Assembly: GCA_051294375.1 (NCBI GenBank)
Contig: CM119263.1
Location: 13,343,240-13,407,239 of the forward strand
Origin: Paraspadella gotoi
Taxonomy: Eukaryota > Animalia > Chaetognatha
DNA length: 64,000 nucleotides
Direction of reading: 5' to 3'
Shown one piece after another: positions 42,039 to 55,325 of the stretch. Made by a program: the position numbers and the translations under genes. The notes under the pieces are model-generated. The model worked only from the letters and a program-made list of their open reading frames with translations. It was not told the DNA's origin and did not search any database. Within the stretch, counting starts at the first letter, position 1. Each line of letters begins with the position of its first letter.

Positions 42039-45031
42039 ATGAGAAAATCTCAAACAAGCGTTCGAAAACAGATGACGGGAGGAACAAAACCATTTCTTTC
42101 GTTTTCACGCGCGTTCGAGCAAAGAACGGAGAGAAATGAAAGAGAATGAAAAAAAAAATAATTAGAAATGAGGGTAAGAGAAGAAGAACCGAGAGTTAAA
42201 TAGAGAGAGAGAGAGAGAGAAGAGAGAGAGAGGAGAAGGAGGAGAGGAGATGGAGAGAGTATGAAGAGAGAGAGAAGAGACGAGAAGAGAGAGGGAGAGA
42301 GAGAGAGAGAGACAAGAGAGAAGGAAAAATAGAGAGACACTAATAGAGAAGGAAAAATATTTCTATCTTGAGATCAACAGAGATACTACGTATTACACAA
42401 TTTGTGTTTGATTTTAATCTGTGAAACCGAACAAATGTGACCTTAAATAATTTCTTCTCACTCTCTCTCTATTTTTCCTTTGAATTTTTCCGCCGATTTT
42501 TTCCCTGACGCATGACCATCGTTTATAATCCTTTCGATTATAGATCGAATTCCCAGTTAACGAGCATTTGTTTACTATTTCGTTCTCTTTTTATTTCAAT
42601 TTCTACATATGATGTGTTGCCTCGGATGTTGGGCTTGGCGCAGTTTGGACTCGGCCAAGACTTCCTCACTGGCTTGGGCGCGGTTTGGGCTCGAGGGTTG
42701 GCGCTGGCGTACATCATTTAAGACGTGACAAGGGACGAAGGGAGGCATTGTGTGAGATTTGATTTATGTGAAGCTTGTGAAACGGCGGCTTGTGAAACGG
42801 CGGCGAGGCGTGGATGGTGGGAGAGAGCGTATGGTGAAGAGAGGGGAAGTGGGATCTGGGAAAGAAGGGAGGGGGGATAATAGAAGTGAGAGGGCGAAAG
42901 AAATGTCCGAACAAACGTCGTGGAAGACAAATCGGGGAAAGAGAACGAGGAAAGGTTAAAGTTGTGTGAAATCCAATGTGAAATCCAAAATTCACGAAAA
43001 GAGATAAAATAGTGTTAAGTAAGAGCAAGAAGAGTCAAGTTTTATTATCATATAGTTTTTGTTTTTACTGAAAAATAATTTTCGAAGATTAGATAATTGA
43101 ATAGTTTTGCTTTTCGTCCCATTCCGCAAATTCCGAGAATGTTTCGGACATTCGGCGGAGAGTAATTGAATTTTGTTTACATCTTCTTCGAACTGACAAT
43201 CATTGAAATTCCAATTAAACTTACTCAACTTTGGTCGACCTCCTCCCGTTCATCATTTTCATCGTCACCGTCGTCGTCGTCGTCGCGTTCATCGTCGTCT
43301 TCGTCGTCTCCGACGAAACATATTCTTTTTTTTTTTTCACTACGAACGGAATTAAAATTCAAGTCCGAATCTCGGTTCGTTGTCCCGCATAATGAACTTT
43401 TTTTCCTTCGACCGCTTCTCTCTTTCTTTCTCTCGCTATATTTCTTACTTGTGTTTTCTCTCTTTCTTTTTCTCCTGAACGTTCCTTTTTTTTATTTCTT
43501 TCTTTCTTTTTCTCCTTCTTCGCTCTTCCTCCTCCTCCTCCTCCTTCACTCCGTCTGGTCATTTTTCCATTTCGTATTCTAGTCACGTTTTGCCCTCAAC
43601 CGTCCATCGGCCAGGCATCGTCCTCTCCGGGCCTTCCTCCTTTCCTCCTTTCTTCCTTTCCTCCTTTGACCTTCTCCACTCCCTCCCCATCGAGTACACC
43701 ACCCACGCATCTCTATCCCCTTTCCAGACCACTTCCTTTAGGAACAACCACCTCCTTAAACGTTTTCTTCTTTTTTCTTTTCTATTCTTCCTTCGATTTC
43801 ATCTCAATCTTTCTCTTCAGTCACCACCCTTTATCCTCTCCTCGCCCGGCCCTTCCATACCCCTACCGTTTCCAACAATACCCCCCTTTCCCACTCTCGC
43901 CTCACACCCCTACCTCCCCCCCGCTCGCTTCTCGCGTCCGCCAACCCTTAACCAGCCGGGGATCCCGAGCCAAAGACGTGATCCGCGAGTCAACGAAAGA
44001 AAAAAAAAAAAGGAAAAAAAAAAAAAGATAAAAAAAAAAAAAATAAGAAAAAAAAAGAATTCAACGCGAAGTTTTTTCACGAGAATCAACGACGAAGAAA
44101 TCGATAAGAATCGTTTCTTTTCTTCTGTTTATTTGTTTGTTGAGTGAACTTGTTTGTAAGATTGTTAGTTTTTATCATTTCAGTATTTTTATACGTTCGG
44201 TACCTGCGCCTACTAATAGCATAAAATTCATTGTCCTAAAAGGTACAGACAGATTGGCGACCACCAGATTCACAATCCAACCCATTGATCGACCAATGGA
44301 CCGACCGACCGAGTGACGGACGGACCGACCGAACTATTTCCTCTCCGGTCGACCGACGTTTACGTCACTCTATTTCCATCCGCGTGAAAATCCCCGTAAT
44401 AAACCCCGTTTTTTTCTGCCTCTAATCTTCCACCTGATTTCCCGCCGACTTCACCTGCTTCCTTCGTCAAGAGGTAGGGAAGAGTAGGGCGTCGTTGGGA
44501 GAGATGGGGAAGAAGCGGGGAGGGCTGGGGTTGGGAGCAGGGGGTGGCGGAGGAAAGTGGGGCGGGTGTAGGGAGTTATTTATCGATGCCGATTTAGCGA
44601 GGAGAAGGTTGCGAGGGAACAAGGTTAAGGGGTCGATCGAAAGAAAAGAAGGTACGGACAGAATAGCCAGTCTAGGGCGCGGTTGCGCAACAGAAGGGCG
44701 CGTTCGAGACGGCGGAAGAGACGCGAGAAAGGTTCGCGCGAAAGGCGCCGCCCCGGAAAGGTCATTGACGTTATATCTTCCTTTTTCGCCTCTTGCGTTT
44801 CAAAGCGCGAGCGACCCCGCCAATGGAGATGGGCTCGGGCGGGCGGCAGGGCACGGAGGAAAACGGGAGGAGTGCCACGTGTGGAAGGCGGGTGAAGGCT
44901 GACGGTGGGGGGAAAAGAGCCCGACCGCATAAGGGCAACGATTTCCGTGTTACCACACAGCGAAAAAAAAAACCGGACCGAGTCTTACAATATCTTTCTC
45001 TCGCATATACATTTTCTCTCTCTCTTCTCTC

Positions 45032-45079
<48 letters not shown>

Positions 45080-45915
45080 ATCTCTCTCTCTCTCTCTCTC
45101 TCCATCTCCGAGTCCTCTATTTCCTCTTCCTACCCTCCTTCACTATCCATGGACCTCGTTTTCGACTCTATTTGGGCCCCGATTTCGATTTTGCCAGATT
45201 ATCTGTCACACACTTATTTAAAGATTCACGCTTCTCCTTTTTTCCGCTCTTCGGTCCTTCAAATGAAGCTCAATGTCGACGAGGAGTCAGAGTTCTCGTT
45301 AAGTATGAGAGATTGAGAAATTCTGAAGAATTAGATGAGTGGTTGAACTGATGAATTGTTGGAAATATCAAGTTCTGGACGGGCGCATAGAGGAACAGGC
45401 CGGTGAAAATAGACATTAATGCTGTTCGGATGACAAAAGTTTTAAAGTTGGATTCGGAAGGGCGGAGTTGATAATTGAAAAAAAGAAGGAAAATAAAGAT
45501 AAAGGAGATATACCAAGCATCATCTTACGTAAGGTTATTAAAAACTTTGTAAGTACTATGTAAGTTTGGTTGATGCGTATCTTTTTTTTAAAAAACTACG
45601 AAGAAGACAAAATACTTCGAATATCTCGAGCGTCTAAAAAATAAAAAAGAATATCTACGTCACCATTTAATTGACATCGATGACGCGCGTGACAATCATT
45701 AGGAAAACCAATCGGCGAGACAAAGATAAACCAAATTAAAGTTCACAACCAAAGTTCACATTTCACTTTCTTTTTTGTTGGAGCAAAATTTTGGCTTTTG
45801 TATTCATGGTTTATGGTTTGAAATGATTCAGACTTAGTATTAATAACATTTACCATATTTGATGAATCGAAATCAAAGTATCGGGGAGCCAAATAAAAAA
45901 CTTCCATGTCTAAGA

Positions 45916-45959
<44 letters not shown>

Positions 45960-46097
45960 CTCTCTCTCTCCTCTCCTCTCTCTCTTATCTCTTTCTCTCT
46001 CTCTCTCTCTCAAACACAGTCCGCTAATCAACTTTATTTCTCACACCCCATTTACTCTCTCTCTCTCTCTCTCTCTCTTCTTCTCTCTCTCTCTTTC

Positions 46098-46128
<31 letters not shown>

Positions 46129-46573
46129 TCTCCCTCTCTTTCTTTCTACCCTCTTTTTCCCTTTAAACTCCCTGCTGATTTATTACAAGCTCGCAGACGC
46201 TTTTGAAGAAAAAGTTTTACTGCCTCTTTCTAGCGACGTCGACCCGCTTTTGATAGTTTCCCCTCTAACAAGGTTTCGGATTTATTCTAAAACCGTTTTT
46301 CTCGGAACCCAACTAAAAGAGAGAGAGAGAGAAAAAGAGAAAAGAGAGAGAGAGCAGAGAAAGGAGAGAGAAGAGAATGAGAGAGAGAGAGATCGAAGAG
46401 AGAGAGAGGGAGAGAGACGAGAGAGAGAGAGAGAGGGGCCTAAAAGAGAGGGAGAGCGACAAAACAGTGTCAAAGTACACAGCGGTTCTAGATTACTTCC
46501 GCTGCGACTTCAAGGCGTAAATTTCCGGATGAATTCTTCAGGTTTTTTCGGTTCTTTGAAGGGGATTTCTTCA

Positions 46574-46665
46574 ACGGCGGTGGCGGGATATAGCAAAAGG
46601 CGGTGGCGGGGATTCAGTTAAAGGCGGTGGCGGGGAATTTTTAAATAGTGGTGGCGGGGATTTTG
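46574..46665. repeat. Four-copy ~24-bp minisatellite with a GGTGGCGGG(G)A core
   Basis: ggcggtggcggga, ggcggtggcgggga, ggcggtggcgggga and agtggtggcgggga, separated by short AT-rich linkers. Confidence 0.85.
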
Positions 46666-46748
46666 TAAAAGGAGATGTTTCTTTTAAGAAAAGCCGTCGT
46701 TGAATGTTGAAACTATCAAACTATCAAACTATCCACCAACCGTTCATC

Positions 46749-46995
46749 GGCGGACATTGGTGCTGGAGGCAAGTCATTCGCCTCCCAATCCAAAGGCCCG
46801 GGGTTCTAGCCCGGTGGTCGCCTAGCAGTTAAGAGGGACGGGGCGCTTAACCCGCCTGTAACACTTTGTTACAGCCTGATCTGAAGCTCAGGGACTCCTG
46901 CTATTGAACGGTTCTGTCACTAACACATAACAATAATTACTGTCTCTTCAAAGATCGTTATGGAGCTATGAATAAGACAGCCGATCAGTTTAAGT
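46749..46995 (+). mobile_element. tRNA-derived SINE (Pol III A/B-box head plus unrelated body)
   Basis: A-box-like TGGTGCTGGAGG at 46758-46769 and B-box-like GGTTCTAGCCC at 46802-46812, the latter in a CCGGG/CCCGG stem. A residual acceptor stem GGCGGAC/GGTCGCC spans 46749-46822. The body carries an 8-bp hairpin ctgtaaca-ctt-tgttacag. The 3' boundary is approximate. Confidence 0.7.
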
Positions 46996-47811
46996 AAATT
47001 TTAAATTCTTATGAAAAAAACAGATTTTGGTGATTTCTACCCACGTTTTTAAAGTCGTGAAAACATTTTAAACCAACTCGTTCGAGTCACGTCTCCTCCA
47101 CAAGCCACGTTACTCATAAAACCGTCACCCTGTAATCTTCTACCCAACAATCCCTCTCTTCCTGCCCACCCTCGAGTTTAATCATTTCTTCACCCTGGAT
47201 CCCCTTCCTACGACGCCAGGAAGGGCAGCGGCTCCTCAGCCGCCCAGCCCGGCGCCGTAAACCGACTAAACCCCCAAATCTGTATTACAAGATTCGGCGT
47301 CGGTGGCGGCGAGAAAAGGTCGAGAGGTTTATGAGATCCATTCGAAGGCGAAGACAAAAAAGAGAGTAGAAGGAGGAGGAGAGAAAAGAAGGAAGGGAAG
47401 AGAGGGTTAAAGAGATTCGATGGAAGAGGAAATTGGTGAGAAGTAAGATATAAGAGATATATATATATATATGATAAGCTATCGGGAATGATCTTGACGA
47501 AAATAAAAAGGCAGAGGCGAGAGTCGTGAAATTAAAATTGGGTGCAGGCCTTTGTTCACATTTTCCTTACCCTCAGAGGAGTGACACGCTTACTTTTCCC
47601 TTACTCTCCCCAATTCTGCTCCTTTGAGAGTCGTCCTCAACGAAACCTGGCTTCGATAGGGTCACGTGTTTTCTCAGGGTCGGGTGAGTTTCACGGTTCC
47701 ATCGAGTCGCTTCACTCACTCACTGCGATCTATCCCTCGTTGGGTCGTCCGAACAAACAGGGTCTTTCGTTTTAATTTGGTTGTCGTCTTGGAAGTAGGT
47801 AAAAAAAAAAT

Positions 47812-48000
47812 AGGCTCAGGAAATTTTAAGGTGCATAACCCAGATGATTTCCCTCGGTTTGATACTAAACCGTTGTTCAATTTAAACTTAACAATATCTG
47901 ATTCTTCCATCCAGGGGGGAGGACCTGAACAGTCAACAGTATTTCCTGCAACTTTCATCATTCTTGTTCTCCCATCTCTCTTATCGGTAACTTCTATCTA
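47812..48000 (-). mobile_element. Possible decayed LINE fragment (PPW linker between RT and RNase H)
   Basis: The translation ..TVDCSGPPPWMEESDIVKFKLNNGLVSNRGKSSGLCTLKF resembles the PPW-hydrophobic-K linker of I/Nimb elements. The patch is CpG-poor. Matched by eye. Confidence 0.3.
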
Positions 48001-48424
48001 TTTATCTTTATCCCGGATCGAACTCTTACTGAAGAATCCCTCTCAACCGCAGAGGTACAACAACCTTTTTGAAACAAATTTAACCAGACCAAGGTTAACT
48101 CGGGGACGTAACAGAAATACAGAGGAGATAAGGTTGAAAAGATTTTTTTTCTTGTTTTCCCTCCTTTCTTTTTTTTTGCTTCTTTTCTTTTCTTTTTCTT
48201 TTCTTTTCTTCTTTTCTTTCTTTCTTTCTTTTCTTTTTCTTTCTTTTCTTTTCTGTTTCTTTCTTTTCTTTTCTTATCTTTTCTAACTTTCTCTATTCTT
48301 TTCTTTTTTTTTTTACCTTTTTTAAATGTTTTTTTTTTTTCAATTTTTTTATTTCTTTTCTTTTTTTTTTTTTTTCTTAAGGTTTTCGTTCGCCTTCGGT
48401 CGAAGGAGAGAACGTCCCCCCCCT

Positions 48425-50006
48425 TTTGATAGAATCCTCGTACCGAAAGGAGGCGGGGCCCAACCTCCTGTTCCTCCTTTAGACTTTAAAGGAGGATTTC
48501 ACCTACTTATCTCCATCCGTTTTCCTCTCTTTCTCTTCTTTCCTTTTTTCCACATCTGCCCCCAGTTCCTTCCTTCCGATCTCTCTCTCGCTCTCTCTCT
48601 CTCTTTCTCTCTCTCTCTGTGTGTGTTTCTTTATTCCAATTTTTTTTCTCTCACCCGTCTTAAAATATATTTTTTTCTTATTCAACCCCTTCTTTTTTAC
48701 TTTTTCTGACCAAATGTGTGTTTTTTTTATTATTATTACTAAGTTGTTCTTCCAAAGATTAACTGATCGAAATCCCGGTAGAGAAAAAATCAGAAAGAAC
48801 AAAAAGTTAATTTGAAAAATCGACGAACAGTATAAAATTTCAGGGTCGCGGCAGTGGTGCATTCATTTCAAGAATTTTTGCATCGGACAAGAACTATGAG
48901 CCCAACAAGAATACAAAGCAAAGTCAACAAAAGTAAAGACAGCAAAATTTCTTTTCTACACATCAGAATCAGAAAATTGAAAGTTCAAAAATAGAACCTA
49001 CTTTAAGTAATACTGAAATTTATGGAGTGGTTGAAAAAAAAAAGTATTTACGTTTGATTCGACTTCGATAGAAAACGAAACTCAATTTTACACTTTTCAG
49101 TTTTATGGAAGCCAATTCGTCGGAAACTTTTTTTTCTCTTTTATTTCTTCATTTAAATGTCAACATCTTTATCCAACTTTTAAAGATTCAGACTGAATAC
49201 AGACGAAGGATACAGTTAAGCTACCCCGGCCTCTTTCGATGAAATGTCGGCTTCTACTGTTTCAAACTGTTGATCGGTTCCGACAGGCGGCCTCGGTTTG
49301 GAACTCTAGGTTCGGCTCCAGTTTCGCCAACTGGTCGGGGCTGCGTCACGTAGGCGCCGTTAACGTTCAGATCGTCCAAATACGACGCCCTCCACCCAAC
49401 CGACGCCACCAAACGCCCCTCGACTCTACCCGACCCCACACGGCCCCTCCCCGGCTCCCATCCGAATCGGATCAATTTTTCCCACTTTCACTGCCTAACT
49501 TCAAGGCCTTTGGGTTGCCTTAGGAAACACATTCCTTTTTCACTTTATATTTTTTCTATTATAAATATTATTTTTAAAAATATAATATATCTAAACATAA
49601 AATGTTAAGAACCATCCTTTAGAAAACCCGAAAGTCAAGCAACCCCCTACCCATAGATCATAAGAAAAGAGAGAAAAGAGAGGAGAGAGAGAGAAGAGAC
49701 GAGAGACGAGAGAGAGAGATGAGAGAGAGAGACGGTGAGGGACGAGAGAGAGAGAGAGAGAGCTGGAGGCGTGTTCGCGGGCACGTCAGGCCTTTGCTGC
49801 ACCAGCTGTTTGCGCAGCAGCGATCGTCAGCTGGTACGAGGACGCAAGCTGCGTGCAGAGCGCCGGCTCGATGGTTGAAGATATGTAATGGGATTTCTGG
49901 ATTTCCCGTTGGTTGCTGCGAGAAATTTGGCGCAAATTGATGCATACCACCTCCGCCTCCTTCGTGGATCCACCGCCGCCACCACCGCGCCCCGACTCTG
50001 CCGTCA

Positions 50007-50040
<34 letters not shown>

Positions 50041-50900
50041 AAACCCCGCCGCGGCTTTCGCGCCCGCTTATTCGTCTTAATCCTCGGGCGGAGCGCAAAA
50101 ACAAATCGCGCGACTCTTTGTGTCAACGAGAGTTTTCAAAGTTGCCGAGGGAAAATAATTTGGGATAAGCGTTCATAAATAACCGCCGACGAAATATTTT
50201 TGCCCCCTGATGCCTCGCAATACTTTCGGTATTTTGACATATTTTCGCTGTTTTACTTTCGTAAATATATACGTACTGAGCAAGAAAGTTATGAACTGGA
50301 GTGATGGACGTCGTAGAGTGGGCGCGTCAGCGACTTATTGACGTGACGAGAAAGACGAAGAAGAGTTAATTCTCTGGTTCTCGGTAATACTACTAGGGTC
50401 TAAATACTTGAGGATTGAGCAAAAAGGGCAAAGGACATGATGAGGGTGAGAAAGAAAAAGAAAGAAATAAAAAGATAATGACTAAATTACTTCAACGCAG
50501 AGAAAAAAGGAACGGCACAAAGAAAGTCAAACCCTTAAACCAATACTGAATAAAGAAATAAAGGATTGAATGAATGAATGAATGAATGAATGAATGANNN
50601 NNNNNNNGAATGAATGAATGAATGAATGAATGAATGAATGTATTAATGAATTAATGAAATAATGATTGAATCATTTTTCATGTAATCTCGAATGATAGAA
50701 TTAAAAGGTTGAGGTGCGAATCTGGCGTGAAGGCAAAGTCCGCTCCACTCCTGAGGGTCGACGGGTCGAAGGATCGCACAGACCAGAGGTGAGGTAAAGA
50801 GGGTAAGGAGATCTCGAACGCGGGGACGAGGTGTTGAGGGGGTACAAATGGAGAGAGATAACCTTCTCTAGAGTGTAGTATTCTTCTCTTTTCTATCCTT
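48425..50900. repeat. Block D, copy 1
   Basis: 48425-48490 matches 51015-51075, 48820-50500 matches 51690-53370, and 50695-50850 matches the very noisy 53700-53940. It includes (GCC)n at ~50007-50039. Confidence 0.9.
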
Positions 50901-51014
50901 CCAAATTTTTGAGAGTTCTCTTCTTTGTCAAATCTCTGTCTTTGTCTCTTCTAGATTCAGCGTTCTTCGCCTCTATCGGTCGGACAGAGCTATCTGTACA
51001 CGCGCCCCTTTACC

Positions 51015-52560
51015 GCATAGAATCCTCGTACGCGAAAGGAGGCGGGCCCAACCTCCTTGTTGCCTCCTTTAGACTTTCTCTCAAAGACATTCCTCGCCTC
51101 CATCACTACTTGACTCAAATCTTTTTATTTTCTTTTCTCGACCATGCGTTTTACCTCATCTATCGCTCTCTTCTTCCCGCCGCCTTCCTTTTATCCCGCC
51201 ACCCTAGCTATCCTGCTCCTCACCTTCAGTCTTTTCTCCTTGCCGTCGTCTATCTCTCATCCCTCTCTGTCAAACGAGGCTGTTCGTCCACTCTCGCCTC
51301 ATTGGCTCGTCTCTCCTTCATCTTAAAATTCCTCTTACATTCTTGCGCTTTGTGTTCTGATTTATTCGACAACGCACTTTTTGCGATCACCATGATCAAC
51401 TTATCAGCAGTGAGATTGCGCACATTCTGTGAAAATAATATTTTTTTCTGTCTATTTCAAAAACACAAAACACGCTTCTTTTTTTTCAATTTTTCGACTT
51501 CAAATGGAGAGATCGAAAATTTATTAAAATAATGTTGTGTTTTTAATTATATAATTTAATTACTAATTTCGCGTCTTAAGAGCCAAAGAATTATAAACCT
51601 GAGACAACTGAAAATCACTCTCTCCTTTTGAGTTAAGCGAAAAAATTATAGATATATGTAAAATATAAGTTAATAATTTGAAAAATATGACGAACAGTAT
51701 AAAATTTCCAAGGTCGCGGCAGTGGTGCATTACATTTCAAGAAATTTTTTGCATCGGACAAGAATATGAGCCCAACAAGAATACAAAGCAAAGTCAACAA
51801 AGTAAAGACAAGCAAAATTTCTTTTCTACACATGAGAATCAGAAAATTGAAAGTTCCAAAATAGAACCTACTTTAAGTAAATACTGAAAATTTATGGAAG
51901 TGGGTTGAAAAAAAAAAGTATTTACGGTGTTTGATTCGACATTCGATAGAAAACGAAACTCATTTTACAACTTTTCAGTTTTATGGAAGGTGCCAATTTC
52001 GTCGAAACTTTTCTTCTCTTTATTTCCTTCATTTAAATGTCACATCTATTATCGACAAGCTTTTAAAGATTCAGACCTGAAATACAGACGAAGGGATACA
52101 GTTAAGCTACCGCCGGCCTGCTTTCGATGAAATGTCGGCTTCTACTAGGTTTCAAACATGTTGATCGGTTCCGACAAGGCGGCCGTCGGTTTGGAGCTCT
52201 AGGTTCGGCCTCCAGTTTTCGCCACTGGTTCGGGGCTGGCGTCAAACCGTAGGCGCCGTTAACGTTCAGATCGTCCAAATACGACGCCCTCCACCCAACC
52301 GACGCCACCAAACGCCTCGACTCTACCGCGACCACACGGCCGCCTCCCCGGCTCCCATCCGAAATCGGATCCATTTTTCCCACTTCACTGCACTAACCTT
52401 TGGTTGCCTAAGGAAACACATTTCCTGTTTCACTTTAATAATTTTTTTCTATTATAATATTAATCTTAAAAATATAATATACTCTAAACAATAAAATGTT
52501 AAGTAACCATCCTAGAAAACCACGAAGCAAGCAACCCCTACCCATAGATCATAAGAAAAG

Positions 52561-52619
<59 letters not shown>

Positions 52620-52866
52620 GAGAGAGAGAGAGAGAGAGAGCTGGAGGCGTGTTCGCGGGCACGTCAGCCTTTGCTGCACCAGCTGTTTGGCAGCAGCGAT
52701 CGCAGCGGGACGAGACGCAGCTGCGGGACAGAGGCCGGCTGAGGTTGAAGAATTAATGGGATATCTGGATTTCCTTGGTCGGAAAATTTGGCGCAAATGA
52801 TGCATACCACCTCCGCTCATTCGTGGATCCACCGGCCGCCACCACCGCGCCCCGACTCTGCCATCA

Positions 52867-52900
<34 letters not shown>

Positions 52901-55089
52901 TAAACCGCCGCCGCGGCTATTCGCGCCCTGCTATTCGTCTTAATCCTCGGGCGGAGCGCCAAAAAAAATGGCGCGACTCCTTTGTGTCAACGAGAGTTTT
53001 CAAAAGTTGACCGAGGGAAAATAATTTGGGATAGCGTCATAAATAACTCGCCGACGAAATATTTTGCCCCTGATGATCGCAATACTTTTCGGTATTTTGA
53101 CATATATTTCGCTGTTTTACTTTCGTAAATATATAGTACTGAGCAAGAAAGTTAAGAACTGGAGTGATGGCGTCCGTAGAGTGGGCGGCAGTCAGCGACA
53201 TTATTGACGTGACGAGAAAAGAGCGAAAGAAGAGTTAATTCTCTGGTTCTCGGTAATAACTACTAGGGTCTAAATAGCTTGAGGATTGAAGCAAAAAGGC
53301 AAAGGACATGATTGAGGGTGAGAAAGAAAAGAAAGAAATAAAAAGATAATGACTAATTACTTCAACGGCGAGAATTCGAAAGTATGAAAATTCTATATTG
53401 AGAAGTTAACGGAGAGCGTCCAATGCTTTTCAAAGAAGCCGATCTCATAAACAACTCTTTTTCTTAACAAAGTTCTCAAAAATAATACTCATTATCCGAG
53501 AACTAGGTATAGCAAACATTACAGAGAGTTTGATATGAATGACATTGAAATGAATGAATGAATGAACTTGTCGGAGATCAGACACCTTCAAGATGAAATC
53601 GAATGACAAGACAATGTAGTTTATATTGTAAGTATCGTATGATTATTTAATTCGATTGATATCATCTTATTTTTTTATGTATATCCTCAGTAGATGGAAT
53701 ACGAATTAAAAGGTTGAGTCTCGACGAATTTAACTTGGCGTGTACTTTTCGGACCCCCATACATACTCGTCCGCTCAACGTCTCTTCTCTCCTCTCTCGT
53801 CCAGTCTGACGCGGTCGACGGCGTCTGATCAGGATCGCGCGCCACGAGACCAGAGGTGATGGCTATACTACTGAGAGGTAATCGTCGGAATCGAACGCGG
53901 TCGGGTCGACGATGCTGTCTCCTTGAGGTCGCGGTGTCGTCCAACATCACAGATGCTCGCAGATCGAAGTCGGGGACAGGCCGTGAACACGGTGCCGCAG
54001 GGTTCTCAAAGGTCAACGCCTCACGGCCGAAGTGGGTACTACAAAGACCGGACAGGAAATCCTCTGCTATCGTCTCTCCTCTGGTGTGTGTGTTCATACA
54101 TGCAAAGTCCTGGTTCTTTTCAGGTCATATTTCGTATCATTGACGAGCGTTAGGTGACACACTAGTGAACACTACTAAATTTTCCTCATCAGATCTCACA
54201 CTAATCTCCTCATCGACTCGAACGACAGGATTGTGAGCTGCAAAGAGTCAGACGTTCGTAGCGCGCAATCAGGAGAGACAGTAAATGAATGTGAGAAAAA
54301 AAAGACTTACTAATAATAGTATGAGATACTTTTCATCCACAATACAATTGACATACTCTGAGGGGCAGTTTTTCTTCGGGGCAGCTAAAACAGCGGTATA
54401 AAGTATTAAAGGGATCGTTGGACACTAAATTATCTGACACGCGAGAGAAACTGAATTATCCTCACGCTCTTCAGGAAGTCGTTATCAGGTCGTTGTACGT
54501 TATCGTCGTACGAGTCGTCGTCGATCGTCGCAGAGTCTGCCTCCTCTTCTCCCGCGGCTTCGAATTGTCTTCGTCTCTTCCGACTCATTTTCTTTTCATG
54601 TTAGGCCTACTCTAAGACCTGACGCTTATCCGAGAAAGAGAGAGAGAGAGAGAATAGAGGAAAGAGAGAGAGAGAGACATAATTGGACGAACGCAGGGCT
54701 TCCTATGACCTACCATTTTAAAAAAACTCGCCGCACTTTTGCCCGAGCGGCATGCCTCTGCTGTCGGCCGCGGATCGTTTCTTCTTCTGTCGTCTCCGTC
54801 TCTCTCCTCCTTCCTCCTCTCCTTCTCGTCTCTCACTTCTTCTCCTCTCTCTCGTCTGCTCTCTCCTTCATGCCCTCTCTCCTCTCCCTCTCTCTCTCTC
54901 TCCTCTCCTCCAGATTTCTCCGCTGCTCGGCTCCTCCCCCTGCATCTCTCTCAGCGCAGCTCCGCTGCATGCTCTCTCCCCGACATCGCTGCCGTCGTCT
55001 TCTCTCCTCACCTCTCTTCTCTCATTTCTATAATGCCTGCTTCCTCCTCTTTCCCGTCGCCTCCATCCTCTCGCTTCCTCCTCGATCTG

Positions 55090-55121
<32 letters not shown>

Positions 55122-55325
55122 TCAGTCTCGGTTCTGTGGTCCTCTTCCCCGTCTCGTGACTCTCTCTCGCGATTTCTCATCGCTTTCCCTGCAATGATTA
55201 CTAGGCGACCTGACTTCCCGGGTATTTCGTCTTACCTCGATTTCCTTTCCTCCTTTTTCGCTCTGTTATTCTCTCCTTTAGGTCTAATTAGGTTTTGGTG
55301 TGCGGCCAATAAACTTCGGGTCGGC
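51015..55325. repeat. Block D, copy 2, degrading into raw-read-quality sequence before a 25-N gap
   Basis: Colinear with 48425-50900 and carrying dense insertions. It ends at the gap 55326-55350. Confidence 0.8.

Noticed and set aside
42631-42802. Short direct repeats and a 59-aa minus-strand ORF (MMYASANPRAQTAPKP..)
   Set aside because: The repeat units are out of frame with each other, and there is no splice or homology support.
46749-46822. Functional tRNA gene
   Set aside because: The anticodon arm does not pair, the B box has TTCTA rather than TTCRA, no poly-T terminator follows, and a SINE-like body continues downstream.
53687-54153. Protein-like ORFs of 76-136 aa
   Set aside because: They lie in an insertion-riddled copy of 50695-50850 and are sequencing noise.
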